Positions 18,259 to 27,797 of a stretch of DNA of 64,000 nt are shown in pieces; within the stretch, counting starts at the first letter, position 1, and every line of letters begins with the position of its first letter. The notes below the pieces were generated by a model. It ran no database searches, was not told the DNA's origin, and saw only the letters and a list, made by a program, of their open reading frames with translations. This stretch comes from Anaerolineae bacterium (GTDB lineage Bacteria > Chloroflexota > Anaerolineae > CG2-30-64-16), in contig DAOUBP010000038.1 of the NCBI GenBank assembly GCA_034432655.1, forward strand, positions 660-64,659, written 5' to 3'. The translations under genes and the position numbers were made by a program.

Positions 18259-19338
18259 TTATCTGATGAGCAATCCCGTCGGATCAATTTCCCTCAAGAT
18301 CCTTCGTTCCTCCTCCGTCGGCGCGGCGGTGACGGCCAGCGGCTCGGCCACCGGGATCGGGAAGCTGCTGTTGGCCTGGATCTCCTCCACGGTGACGCCG
18401 GGGTGAACGGCCAATAGATACATGGTCCTGGTCGCTTCGTCGAAGCCGTAGACGCCCAGCTGCGTGATCACCCGATAGGGGCCGGTGTTCGCCGGCAGCC
18501 CTGCGCGCTCACGTGCGCCCGGACCGGTCAGATAGCCTGGGGTGGTGATAAAGTCCAGCTTCTCGGCGAACTTACGGCGGTCCTGGCGCATGATGATGAT
18601 GGTGCGATGGCAGGCCGAGCCTACGTCATTTGCCCCGCCGCTGCCGGGCAATCGGACCGTAGGGTGCTCCCAATCGCCGATCACGGTGGTGTTGATGTTG
18701 CCGTACGGGTCAATCTGCGCGGCGCCCAGGAAGCCGTAGTCCAGATGGCCGGCCTGGGCCATGGACATCACGTCGTGCATGCTCGAGGCGGCCACAGCCT
18801 GATGGAAGGTGCGCGAATCGCCCACGGAGATGGGCAGCACCGGGATGTGGGGGCCGATGCCGCCGGCTTCGAAGATAATCAACAGGCCCGGCGCGTGGGT
18901 GCGCTGCGCCAGCATGGCGGCGATCATAGGCAGCCCTGTGCCGACGAACACTGATTTACGGTCTTCCAGCAGGTGTGCCGCGACACAGGCGAGCAGCTCG
19001 GTGGAGGAATAAGGAGACGTGGAAGCAGGGAGACGCGAAGATTCTCCGCGTCCCCGCGTCTCCGCCTCCCCGTGTCCCCGCGTCCCCGCGTCCCCGCGTC
19101 CCCACGTCTCCGCCTCCCCGTGTCCCCGCGTCTCCGCGTCCCCGTGTCCCCGCGTCTCCGCGTCCCCGTGTCCCCGCGTCCCCGCGTCCCCGTGTCCCCG
19201 CGTCTTCGCGTCTCCGCGTCCCCGCATCCCCGCGTCCCCGTGTCCCCGCGTCTCCGCCTCCCCGCGTCCCCGCGTCTCCGCCTCCCCGCGTCCCCGCGTC
19301 TCCGCGTCCCCGCGCGCCTGCATCATCGGATCCTCCAT
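18259..19338 (-). CDS. CoA-transferase subunit B (glutaconate/3-oxoacid CoA-transferase beta-like) with ~80-aa N-terminal extension encoded by the TCCCCGCG octamer array
   Basis: VFVGTGLPMIAAMLAQRTHAPGLLIIFEAGG, AQIDPYGNINTTVIGD, GSGGANDVGS; no in-frame ATG/GTG/TTG between the repeat and the conserved domain. Confidence 0.7.
   Translation of the reverse strand: MEDPMMQARGDAETRGRGEAETRGRGEAETRGHGDAGMRGRGDAKTRGHGDAGTRGHGDAETRGHGDAETRGHGEAETWGRGDAGTRGHGEAETRGRGESSRLPASTSPYSSTELLACVAAHLLEDRKSVFVGTGLPMIAAMLAQRTHAPGLLIIFEAGGIGPHIPVLPISVGDSRTFHQAVAASSMHDVMSMAQAGHLDYGFLGAAQIDPYGNINTTVIGDWEHPTVRLPGSGGANDVGSACHRTIIIMRQDRRKFAEKLDFITTPGYLTGPGARERAGLPANTGPYRVITQLGVYGFDEATRTMYLLAVHPGVTVEEIQANSSFPIPVAEPLAVTAAPTEEERRILREIDPTGLLIR
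19016..19320. repeat. ~37 tandem octamers TC(C/T)CCG(C/T)G
   Basis: direct reading, period 8; translates as (R/G)GDAETRG in CoA-transferase B frame. Confidence 0.85.
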
Positions 19339-19700
19339 TGCTCAGAGTGGCTGATCATGTTCACCAGTTTGCCCAGCACGTTGTCGTATGCGGCCGATAT
19401 TTCATTGCCCACGGAGGGAGCCAGATAGCTACACTTGACGGAAAACTCCAGCCAGACCTGGGTTTCAGCAGCCTCTGCTTCGGAATCGCTGAGCTTGCTG
19501 CTGAAAGCGTTGGGATATCGTCGTTTCCGCCAGGCCTCAGCTATGTTTGCGCAGACGGACCGTGAGGATCGTCGAATCTGGTCAGTTAGCGAGTAACGTT
19601 CTTCCTTCGGGAAGTCTTTTGTCAACTCAAAGATCCGCATCGCCAGCTCCATCGCCAGCTTGTACACATCCAACTCACGAAAATCCCGAATATTGCTCAT
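19323..19700 (-). CDS. four-helix-bundle protein (TIGR02436 / 23S rRNA intervening-sequence protein family)
   Basis: MSNIRDFRELDVYKLAMELAMRIFELTKDFPKEERYSLTDQIRRSSRSVCANIAEAWRKR...; start with RBS ggaggg; ORF-track N-extension (to 19844) is octamer-encoded. Confidence 0.8.
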   Translation of the reverse strand: MSNIRDFRELDVYKLAMELAMRIFELTKDFPKEERYSLTDQIRRSSRSVCANIAEAWRKRRYPNAFSSKLSDSEAEAAETQVWLEFSVKCSYLAPSVGNEISAAYDNVLGKLVNMISHSEQWRIR

Positions 19701-19703
19701 ACT

Positions 19704-19912
19704 CCCTCCTCTCCGCGTCCCCGCGTCTCCGCGTCCCCGCGTCTCCGCGTCCCCGCGTCCCCGCGTCCCCGCGTCTCCGCGTCCCCGCGTCTCCGCGTCC
19801 CCGCGTCCCCGCGTCCCCGCGTCTCCGCGTCTCCGCGTCTCCACGTCCCCGCGTCTCCGCGTCTCCGCGTCCCCGCGTCCCCGTGTCTCCGCGTCTCCGC
19901 GTCTCCGCGTCT
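19704..19912. repeat. ~26 tandem octamers TC(C/T)CCGCG (same family and orientation as 19016-19320)
   Basis: direct reading. Confidence 0.85.
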
Positions 19913-19914
19913 CC

Positions 19915-20901
19915 TCACGCCCTGAGCGCCTCGACCTCTCGCAGATAATCCAGCCGTTCCCGACCTCCTATCTTCTCCAGGTATGCCTCGAAGTCGGGCA
20001 CCCCGAAGACGAACTCCTCGAAATACTCGGCTGCGCCTGCCGCAGTTTTTGAGCGCTGCATCCAGGAGCGAATATGGTCTTCGTCGAAGTAGTAAAGCCG
20101 TGGCATCTGACAGGGATGGCTGCCGAAGGGCACTTCCACCACTGCGTCCACCAGATGGTAAGGGATGACCGTGCGCCAGGGTGTTTCCCGGATCTGTGCT
20201 TCGGGGATGATCTGCTCGGTGGTGAGGATCAGACGGCGGGCCGCGCGCGCCAGCTCGAAGTCCTCGATGATGGTGCCGTCAATCTGCGCGTTGCCGTACA
20301 TATCGCACCGGGTCACGTGGATGAAAGCGACGTCGGGGTAACAGGCGGGCAGCAGGCAGATCGGCTTGCCGCTCCACGGATCGCGCACCACCTTGGCCGA
20401 GCTGTGGGCCAGGGTGTCGGTGCCCAGCAAGCTGCGGGTAGGGATGAAGGGCAGGCCCATGGCCGCGGCCAGGAAGCGCCACTGGTAACCGGCGTTGCTG
20501 GTCTCGGCCACCACGCGGCAGTGGCCCTCTTCCACCATGCGCCGCGAGGCAGGGGAGAGGCCGCGCAGCTCGTGTCCGAAGGTGTACGCCACCTCGACCC
20601 GATCCACGCAGCCGGACGCAATGAGGATGTCGCCGTCGTGCACGGCCGTCTTGCCGGCCAGTGTCAGATGACGCTTGCGCTGGCGGATGATCTCGTAGAT
20701 GACGGCCATGCTCACGCGCACATGGCCGAAGCCGCCGGAGGCGATCAAGGCACCGTCGGGCACAAAACGCGCCACCGCCTCGGCCACCGTCATGCGCTTG
20801 TCACGCAGGTCCCGGGATTTGTTCTTCAGCACCCATTCCCGGTTCTCATCCGGGTCGTGCCAGCCGATCAGCTCGCCGTGGCCTTCTTGCAAGAGCTCCA
20901 T
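19915..20901 (-). CDS. CoA-transferase subunit A (glutaconate CoA-transferase alpha-like)
   Basis: family-level similarity over whole length; strong RBS ggaggtg upstream of ATG 20901. Confidence 0.7.
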   Translation of the reverse strand: MELLQEGHGELIGWHDPDENREWVLKNKSRDLRDKRMTVAEAVARFVPDGALIASGGFGHVRVSMAVIYEIIRQRKRHLTLAGKTAVHDGDILIASGCVDRVEVAYTFGHELRGLSPASRRMVEEGHCRVVAETSNAGYQWRFLAAAMGLPFIPTRSLLGTDTLAHSSAKVVRDPWSGKPICLLPACYPDVAFIHVTRCDMYGNAQIDGTIIEDFELARAARRLILTTEQIIPEAQIRETPWRTVIPYHLVDAVVEVPFGSHPCQMPRLYYFDEDHIRSWMQRSKTAAGAAEYFEEFVFGVPDFEAYLEKIGGRERLDYLREVEALRA

Positions 20902-21031
20902 TGCTCACCTCCGGAGAGACTACGGCGTACTCCGTGTTCCGTGCTACGTACTACGTAGTGCTTCAACCATCGAGGGATCGCGATTCAAGGAATACGCAGT
21001 ACGCAGTACGCGACACGCAATACGCAATACG

Positions 21032-21664
21032 CTATACTTCCAGCCCCACCAACTCCGGTTCCCCCCACACGGCCCAGGCCCATTGGTGTTCGCCCAAGCC
21101 GTCGGTGGCGAAGGCCAGGCGCAGGATACTTCCGGCCTGGAAGGGCAACGCCACTTCGAACGGGTCCCAGGCCCGTGGGTAGGCGGCCCGACTCCACACC
21201 TGCCAGCCGTCCACTTTGATGCGAAAGGCGACCAGCTGCTCTGCGCCCTGCGCGCCATCGCGGATGCCGATGCTGAAACGCAGGCGCAGGTCTTGCAGGC
21301 CGGCCGGGACGGGCACGTGGAACTCGACCAGCGCCTCGCCGCTGACCGGGGGATGCTGCCAAAGCGCGGGCCGACGTTGACCGCCTACGCTGGCCTCGCC
21401 GATCTTAACTTCCATCCCTGCCGCGTCCTCGCGGCCGCCAGAACGGCTGGCCACAGCGCGCACGTCGGCCTCCGCAAAGTGTTCCAGGAAATTGAAGCAC
21501 CAGGGCCGGCCTGCTTTTGCGCCCTCTGCCGGGTTGCGGTGTCCGGCTCGCCAGCGCAGAAAAGCGATGTACTCGGCCACCCGCTCCTGATCTGGTGGCG
21601 AAAGGGTGGTAAGGTCACGCAGGATCGTTTCTAGGGGAGTCATCATGATGTCGTCACCGGCCAT
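21032..21664 (-). CDS. hypothetical protein
   Basis: ORF only; no recognisable motif. Confidence 0.4.
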   Translation of the reverse strand: MAGDDIMMTPLETILRDLTTLSPPDQERVAEYIAFLRWRAGHRNPAEGAKAGRPWCFNFLEHFAEADVRAVASRSGGREDAAGMEVKIGEASVGGQRRPALWQHPPVSGEALVEFHVPVPAGLQDLRLRFSIGIRDGAQGAEQLVAFRIKVDGWQVWSRAAYPRAWDPFEVALPFQAGSILRLAFATDGLGEHQWAWAVWGEPELVGLEV

Positions 21665-21847
21665 CTACGGATGCACCTCTTGCGGAAGCATCTCGATGAT
21701 GAACGCGTAAATCTCTTCTGCATCGCGCATTGCTTGCTCAAGTGCGAATGGTTCAGGCTCCAGTACGTCGCCAGGATAGCGGAACAAAGTGGCATACGGC
21801 GTTAATCGCTCGGCTGCACCCTACAGGCCTTTGAATTCCGGCCGCAT

Positions 21848-22417
21848 CTACATCGCTTCTTTCGCCTCCAACGGATAGAAATATACATCCGTCGGTTTGA
21901 ACTTGCTGTTTCTGCGAAAGCGCAAGCCGACGCGCATCCCGATCCAATCCAGCGTGGGCGCGTGGGGGTCTACGCCCAGCAGCCGGCCCAGGAACAGGGT
22001 ATTCGCGCCCTCAAACTCGATCAACGCCAGCACAAACGGGCATTCGGGCAAAAACTCTTCGGAGCCGAAGTAGCACACGGTGAACGCGTGCACGCGGGCC
22101 GGCCGGCGGGTGAGGTCAACCCAGTTCGTCTCCGCACCGGTGTACATGTCGTGCCCGCGCGGGTTTGCATAGGTGTAGCCCGTGGTCGGCTCCATGCAGC
22201 CCAACAGGCGACCATTGGCCAGCCCGGCGAAGAAGGGGCTGTCCTGACCGTAAGAATGGATGTAATCAATCGCATAGGGCTGCTTGATGATGATCGGCGC
22301 CATCGCCTTCAGCGCAGCCAGCGTCTCGTCGTTCAGCTCAGTTGGGAACGGCACATTGAACAGGATGGTGCCGTCGTCGGTCTCGGCGATGCGGGTGGGG
22401 AAAGCAGCTTCTGACAT
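21848..22417 (-). CDS. DUF35 OB-fold/Zn-ribbon protein (thiolase partner)
   Basis: position immediately downstream of thiolase-like gene; C-x-x-C...C-x-x-C pattern absent/degenerate, assignment by context and family-like length. Confidence 0.5.
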   Translation of the reverse strand: MSEAAFPTRIAETDDGTILFNVPFPTELNDETLAALKAMAPIIIKQPYAIDYIHSYGQDSPFFAGLANGRLLGCMEPTTGYTYANPRGHDMYTGAETNWVDLTRRPARVHAFTVCYFGSEEFLPECPFVLALIEFEGANTLFLGRLLGVDPHAPTLDWIGMRVGLRFRRNSKFKPTDVYFYPLEAKEAM

Positions 22418-22526
22418 GGAACAGGCTCCTTGTATGGCAAAGCAAATGGACGAATCAGCAAATCACGCATCACGAGTTACGCAATACGCAGTACGCAGTA
22501 CGCAATACGCAGTACGCAATACGTCC

Positions 22527-23894
22527 TTATGCCTCTTTCTCTAAAATACTCACCGTCACATACGTCCCCGTGCCGGCATGGCTGTGGATTGCCCCGCGGC
22601 GGGCGTTCGCTATCTGTAGCCTGTCGTCGCGAAAGTGTTTGCCGATAGTGCCCTGCAACTGCCACAGGGCGAAAACCCCTTGCATCAGTCCGGTGGCGCC
22701 CACGGGATGGCCGCAGGCGATCAGGCCGCCGCTGGGATTTACCGGGCAGGCGCCGACACGCTCCGGCTGGGTGAAGGTCAACCCGTAGTCCACCCCGGGC
22801 ATGAATGCCTGGCCAGAGACGGCAAACGGCCCGCCTTCGCCGTATCGGCACAGCCCCATGTCTTCATAGGTCTGGATTTCGGAGGAAGTATAGGCGTCAT
22901 GGAGCTCTACGAAGTCAATCTCATGCAACGGGTCGGTGATGCCAGCATGGGCATAGGCCTGTTTGCTGGCCATGCGGCCGGCGCGGAAGGAGTGAATGCC
23001 CGGATAGCGAAAACCATGATCCCAGAGGTTCTTGTAGTAAGCGCGCGTCTCGGCAGTGTCCTCGTGAGGCAACAGGTTATATTTCAAGAACTCTTCGTAG
23101 GACTGATGGGGCCGGTCCGCCATGCGCATGGCATCGGTGCCGCGGCCGATCCCTGTTACCTTGATCCGCGGGAAGCGCCGGCCGGCCGCTTTTTCCAGTT
23201 TGGCCAGGCCTTCCTCGCTGGCCAGCACCACTGCGGCCGCGCCGTCCGACATCACACAGATGTCCAGGCGGGTGAGGGGCCAGGCGACCATCGGCGCGGA
23301 ACGCACGTCGGCCACCGTGAGGCGTTCGTGTTTCTGGCTATAGGGGTTATGGTATGCGTTGCGATGGTTCTTCACCGACACGTACGCCATCTGCTCCACG
23401 GTGGTGCCGAACTCCTTCATGTGTCGCGTCACCATGATGGCATAGTAGCCGGAGTAGAAACCGCCGACAGGGTAGTCGAAGCTGACATCGGACGCCAGCG
23501 CGATGAACTCGTTGCCTTTCCAGGTGTTGACGTGGCTCATGGTCTCAAAGCCATAGGCCAGGCAGATGTCCATGTGGCCAGACGCGACCGACTTCCAGGC
23601 CTCCTGGAAACAGATGCCTCCGGTAGCGCCGCCGCCCTCCACCCGATGCCCGGGCTTCGGACAGAGGCCCAGGTAATCTTGCACCATGATGCCGGCCATG
23701 AGCTGGCGGGTGAAGTGGTCGGAGAAGTAAGACGCTACGGAGCCATCCACCAGTTCGATGAACTGACGGTGCTCCAGTCCCATATCGGCGATGGCGTAAT
23801 CGTAGGCTTCTTTGACCAGAGCCTGGAAGGTTTTGTCGGGGCGGGCTTTGGCGAACTTGCTGACGCCGCCTGAAACGACGTAAACGTTGCGCAT
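22527..23894 (-). CDS. thiolase-like protein (SCP-x / non-specific lipid-transfer protein-type acetyl-CoA acyltransferase)
   Basis: MRNVYVVSGGVSKF, MSDGAAAVVLASEE, NPSGGLIACGHPVGATG; start with RBS aggagg. Confidence 0.8.
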   Translation of the reverse strand: MRNVYVVSGGVSKFAKARPDKTFQALVKEAYDYAIADMGLEHRQFIELVDGSVASYFSDHFTRQLMAGIMVQDYLGLCPKPGHRVEGGGATGGICFQEAWKSVASGHMDICLAYGFETMSHVNTWKGNEFIALASDVSFDYPVGGFYSGYYAIMVTRHMKEFGTTVEQMAYVSVKNHRNAYHNPYSQKHERLTVADVRSAPMVAWPLTRLDICVMSDGAAAVVLASEEGLAKLEKAAGRRFPRIKVTGIGRGTDAMRMADRPHQSYEEFLKYNLLPHEDTAETRAYYKNLWDHGFRYPGIHSFRAGRMASKQAYAHAGITDPLHEIDFVELHDAYTSSEIQTYEDMGLCRYGEGGPFAVSGQAFMPGVDYGLTFTQPERVGACPVNPSGGLIACGHPVGATGLMQGVFALWQLQGTIGKHFRDDRLQIANARRGAIHSHAGTGTYVTVSILEKEA

Positions 23895-24056
23895 GGTGCC
23901 TCCTTGCACGGATAGCGGGGTGTAACTGGCAACACGCCGGTGCCGATCAGACGATGCGCCTCTCGGCACCGGCTATCTTAACACAACAACGGGCGTCAAG
24001 TCAATTGTGCAACAGCAGTTTCAGGCGTGCCAGGCTCGAAATTCCCTGCCAGCAGC

Positions 24057-25373
24057 TTATCCCAACTTCTGTTTCAGCACATCTTCCAGGGTTGGTTGGC
24101 CGATCACCTGCAGCTCATAGCGCACCCGCTGGACAGGATGGTAGATCCTGGCCACCCGCGTCAGGTCAATGGGCGTGGCCGAGATGACCAGGTCGCACGG
24201 CACCCGGCGGATGGTCTCTTCCAGGTCTTTGATCTGCTGGCCGCCGTAACCCATGGCCGGCAACAAGGTCCCGATCTCCGGGTATTGCTTGAAGGTTTCG
24301 GTGATGGTGCCCACCGTGTAAGGCCGCGGGTCAATGATCTCGGCCGCGCCAAAGCGCCGCGCGGCCACGATGCCCGCGCCGTATTTCATCTCGCCGTGGG
24401 TCAGGGTAGGGCCGTCTTCGATCACCAGCACCCGTTTGCCGCGGATCGCAGCGGGGTCGGGCACGAAGATGGGAGAGGCCGCCTCGATCACGATGGCGTT
24501 CGGGTTCACCGCGCTAGCGCTTTCCCGCACCGCGCTGATGGGGGCCAGGTCGGCCGTGTCCACTTTGTTGATTACGATCACATCGGCCATGCGGAAGTTG
24601 GCCGAGCCCGGCCAGTAGGTTAGCTCATGCCCGGGGCGGTGCGGATCGGCCACCACAATGTGGAGGTCGGGCTTGAAGAAAGGCAGGTCGTTGTTGCCGC
24701 CGTCCCATAGCACCACGTCGGCCTCCTGCTCCGCCTGGCGTAAGATGGCCTCGTAATCCACCCCGGCATAGACCACCACCCCGCGATCCAGGTGCGGCTC
24801 ATACTCCTCACGTTCTTCAATGGTGCAATTGTACCTGTCCAGATCGGCGTAGGTGGCGAAGCGCTGCACCTTTTGCGCCACCAGGTCGCCGTAGGGCATG
24901 GGATGGCGCACGGCAACGACCTTCTTACCCATGCGCTGCAACGCGTTGGCCACATAGCGCGTGGTCTGCGATTTGCCGCTGCCCGTGCGCACCGCGCACA
25001 CCGCCACCACCGGCTTGCTGGAGGTCAGCATCGTCTCTTTGGGGCCGATCAGCCGGAAATCGGCACCGGCCGCGATCGCCATAGCCGCCTTGGTCATGAC
25101 GTATTGGTGGCTGATGTCCGAGTAGGCGAAGACCACCTGGTCCACGTCCAGGGTCCGGATCAGGGTGGTCAGCTCACTTTCCGGGTAGATCGGGATGCCC
25201 TGCGGATAGCGTTCTCCCGCCAGCTCGGGCGGGTAACGCCGGCCTTCGATGTTGGGGATCTGGGTGGCGGTGAAGGCCACAACTTCGTAGTTATCGTCCG
25301 CGCGGAAGACCGTGTTGAAGTTGTGAAAATCACGCCCTGCGGCGCCCATGATAAGGATTCTCTGCTTCGCCAT
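24057..25373 (-). CDS. cyclic 2,3-diphosphoglycerate synthetase-like protein
   Basis: MAKQRILIMGAAGRDFHNFN N-terminus and ~440-aa length resemble the methanogen cPGS family; recollection-based. Confidence 0.45.
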   Translation of the reverse strand: MAKQRILIMGAAGRDFHNFNTVFRADDNYEVVAFTATQIPNIEGRRYPPELAGERYPQGIPIYPESELTTLIRTLDVDQVVFAYSDISHQYVMTKAAMAIAAGADFRLIGPKETMLTSSKPVVAVCAVRTGSGKSQTTRYVANALQRMGKKVVAVRHPMPYGDLVAQKVQRFATYADLDRYNCTIEEREEYEPHLDRGVVVYAGVDYEAILRQAEQEADVVLWDGGNNDLPFFKPDLHIVVADPHRPGHELTYWPGSANFRMADVIVINKVDTADLAPISAVRESASAVNPNAIVIEAASPIFVPDPAAIRGKRVLVIEDGPTLTHGEMKYGAGIVAARRFGAAEIIDPRPYTVGTITETFKQYPEIGTLLPAMGYGGQQIKDLEETIRRVPCDLVISATPIDLTRVARIYHPVQRVRYELQVIGQPTLEDVLKQKLG

Positions 25374-25401
25374 TGATCTTGATCACTCCTGACAAGGTTT
25401 T

Positions 25402-26328
25402 TTATGGTCGTGGGCGGTAAACAGCCCGCGCCATCAATACGCCCAGCGCATACAACGCCAGCAACGGCCCCAGCACCAGGGTCATGTTGACCGGGTCCAC
25501 TGTGGGCGTGATGGCCGCCGCTACGAACGCCATGCCGACGATAGCGTAACGCCATTGGCGGGCCAAGGCCTGCGGTGAGACGAGGCCCAACCTGGCCAGC
25601 AACGCCATGATCAGCGGGGTCTCAAAAGCCGCGCCGATCCACAGCAGCACGGCCAACACAAAGGAGTAATACGGCCGGATGTCCCAGTTGGGCCTGGCGA
25701 TATCACTGCCGGTGCCTAACAAGAAGGGCAGCATGGCCGGCAATAACACGAAATAGGCGAAGAGCAGGCCAGCAATGAAGAAAAGGATCACCAGCGGCGC
25801 GCCCACCAGGGCGATCATACGGAACACCCGGATCTCGTGGGGGTTTTCCAGCGCCGGTCGGATGAACATCAGGGTTTGATAGAGAAGCATGGGCAACGCC
25901 AGTACCAACGCCGCGCTGAAGATGATCTCCATGCGCACCCAGATCATGTCGGTGGGCCGCAGGAAGATCCACACGGCATCCCCGGCCGGCGCCTGCAGGA
26001 GGCGCAAGATGCGGTCCACGAAGAAAGCGCACGCGATGGCGCCGACCAGCATGGTGCCGAGGATCACGAAAATGCGCCGCCGCAGCTCCACCAGGTGCTC
26101 GACGGCCGCGTAAAGGATCTGGATCAAGTCGTACAGCGGGCTGTCGCTGGATTGCCATGAACGCCGCGCCTGCTCCAGGGTGAGCGGCTCCAGGTCGGCC
26201 TGGGAGCGCCGGATGTTAGTGATCATGAGCCAGAGCTGCTCGAGGCCGCGCGGCAGTTTGCTGGGTCCCAAGAGGGCAATGGCGACGATCGCCAGGATGA
26301 CCAGGCCGAAAACGCCGGTGAACGACAT
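25402..26328 (-). CDS. tatC: Sec-independent translocase TatC with an extra N-terminal TatA/B-like TM + amphipathic helix
   Basis: TatC core (HLVELRRRIFVILGTMLVGAIACAFF..., 6 TM); first 35 aa MSFTGVFGLVILAIVAIALLGPSKLPRGLEQL mimic the TatA FGPxKLP signature; ATG 1 nt after tatA stop. Confidence 0.75.
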   Translation of the reverse strand: MSFTGVFGLVILAIVAIALLGPSKLPRGLEQLWLMITNIRRSQADLEPLTLEQARRSWQSSDSPLYDLIQILYAAVEHLVELRRRIFVILGTMLVGAIACAFFVDRILRLLQAPAGDAVWIFLRPTDMIWVRMEIIFSAALVLALPMLLYQTLMFIRPALENPHEIRVFRMIALVGAPLVILFFIAGLLFAYFVLLPAMLPFLLGTGSDIARPNWDIRPYYSFVLAVLLWIGAAFETPLIMALLARLGLVSPQALARQWRYAIVGMAFVAAAITPTVDPVNMTLVLGPLLALYALGVLMARAVYRPRP

Positions 26329-26331
26329 GGG

Positions 26332-26931
26332 CTAGTCCTCCCGGCCGGGCAAAGGATCTTCACCTGGGTGCGGCGTCACTCCACTTTCATCCCGGCCGTC
26401 GGGGCTGGCCCCGGAACCCGGCTCCGCACCAGGGGGCGACATCTGCCCGCTTTCATCCAGGGCGTCGGGGCTTGCCCCAACCTCCTCGACCCCGGGGCTG
26501 GCCCCGGAACCCGGCTCCGCACCAGGGGGCGACATCCGCCCGCTTTCATTCAGGGCGTCAGGGCTTGCCCCAACCTCCTGGACCTCGCGGCTGGCCCCGG
26601 AACCCGGCTCCGCACCAGGGGGGGTCGTCAATTCGCGCATGACCGAATCGCGGATCGCCCGGCCGGGGTCGCGGGCGGCCATGGCCAGCGCGGTGGCATC
26701 TTTGGCAACTTCCTTGATCTCTTCCAGCGGGCGGCTGATCTCCTGGTCAGGGTCCAGCGCCTGGCGCGCCTTCTCCAGCTCGCGCGAGAACTCGCGCGTC
26801 GCTTTGCGCATCTGCCGCATGCTCCTGCCAAGCTTCGCGCCGATTTCCGGCAGCTTATCGGGGCCAAAAACGGCTAGCGCCAGGATCAGGATGATGATCA
26901 GTTCAAACGGCCCGATTCCGAGAATTTCCAC
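26332..26931 (-). CDS. tatA: Sec-independent translocase TatA/TatB with long acidic/Pro-rich repeat tail
   Basis: MEILGIGPFELIIILILALAVFGPDKLPEIGAKLGRSMRQMRKA. Confidence 0.85.
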   Translation of the reverse strand: MEILGIGPFELIIILILALAVFGPDKLPEIGAKLGRSMRQMRKATREFSRELEKARQALDPDQEISRPLEEIKEVAKDATALAMAARDPGRAIRDSVMRELTTPPGAEPGSGASREVQEVGASPDALNESGRMSPPGAEPGSGASPGVEEVGASPDALDESGQMSPPGAEPGSGASPDGRDESGVTPHPGEDPLPGRED

Positions 26932-26939
26932 GCTAAATC

Positions 26940-27386
26940 CTACGCTCCGGCAAAGGTCAACTCTTCCCTGGCAGCTATCACAGCGCCCAGCACGCCGTTC
27001 ACAAACCGTGAGCTATTATCGCTCCCGAATATCTTCGCCAGATCAACCGCTTCGTTGATCGCTACCTTGGGCGGCGTGCCTATCGCGTCGCTGATCTCCA
27101 GCAGCGCCATGCGCAGGATGTTGCGGTCAATCACCGCGATCTGCTCCACGGGCCACGCAGGCGCGTGCTTCTGGATGAGCGCATCCAACGCCTGGCGGTG
27201 GCATAACACACCGCTCACCAGCTGGCGTAGGAAAGCCTCGCCCTCCGGCGGTAACGGCTGCTCCTCCAGCCGGTACTTGATGACGTCACCGGCCTGGTGG
27301 TGCGTGGTATCCAGTTCGTAAAGCGCTTGAAGTGCACAAATACGTGCCTGGCGACGGATGTGCACGGGTAACCCTACCTGCGGCAC
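26940..27386 (-). CDS. nusB: transcription antitermination factor NusB
   Basis: RRQARICALQALYELD..., AVIDRNILRMALLEI, INEAVDLAKIFG. Confidence 0.85.
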   Translation of the reverse strand: MPQVGLPVHIRRQARICALQALYELDTTHHQAGDVIKYRLEEQPLPPEGEAFLRQLVSGVLCHRQALDALIQKHAPAWPVEQIAVIDRNILRMALLEISDAIGTPPKVAINEAVDLAKIFGSDNSSRFVNGVLGAVIAAREELTFAGA

Positions 27387-27435
27387 AGGGCCGCAAACCT
27401 ATGGTCAAAAGTGTTGTCGGCAGAACGACCGGGCC

Positions 27436-27786
27436 TTAGTCTCCCTTGGTCGGCACTACCACATCATCAATGAACACATCTACGGTCGTGACCGGCATGC
27501 CCACCATCACCTCCAGCGCCTGCCGCACGCTGTTCTGCAGCGTCTCGCCCAGCTTCAACATGTTGGTGTTGGCGGAGGCGACGACGTGGAGCTCCACCTG
27601 GACCCCTTCATCGGTTACCACCACCAGGATGCCGTTGTCCACCGCGCTGCCGGCCAGCAATCCGCGCACCTTAGGCGGCGTCGGCGCCAGCCGCGCAACT
27701 CCCTTCTGTTCCAGCGCAGTCTGGCGGACGATGGTCGTCAACACCCCCGGCGCAATGGTAACTTTGCCGCGTACTTCAGTGTCCAT
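27436..27786 (-). CDS. Asp23/Gls24 family stress protein
   Basis: family-typical ~115 aa, IAPGVLTTIV..., downstream of nusB as in many Firmicutes/Chloroflexi. Confidence 0.7.
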   Translation of the reverse strand: MDTEVRGKVTIAPGVLTTIVRQTALEQKGVARLAPTPPKVRGLLAGSAVDNGILVVVTDEGVQVELHVVASANTNMLKLGETLQNSVRQALEVMVGMPVTTVDVFIDDVVVPTKGD

Positions 27787-27797
27787 CTGTTCCCTCC

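Noticed and set aside
19016-19912. Octamer/heptamer arrays as CRISPR arrays
   Set aside because: Period 7-8 nt with no unique spacers and no cas genes. These are simple tandem repeats.
21664-21848. Short minus-strand ORF MRDAEEIYAFIIEMLPQEVHP
   Set aside because: Too short and featureless. Possibly a remnant, not called.
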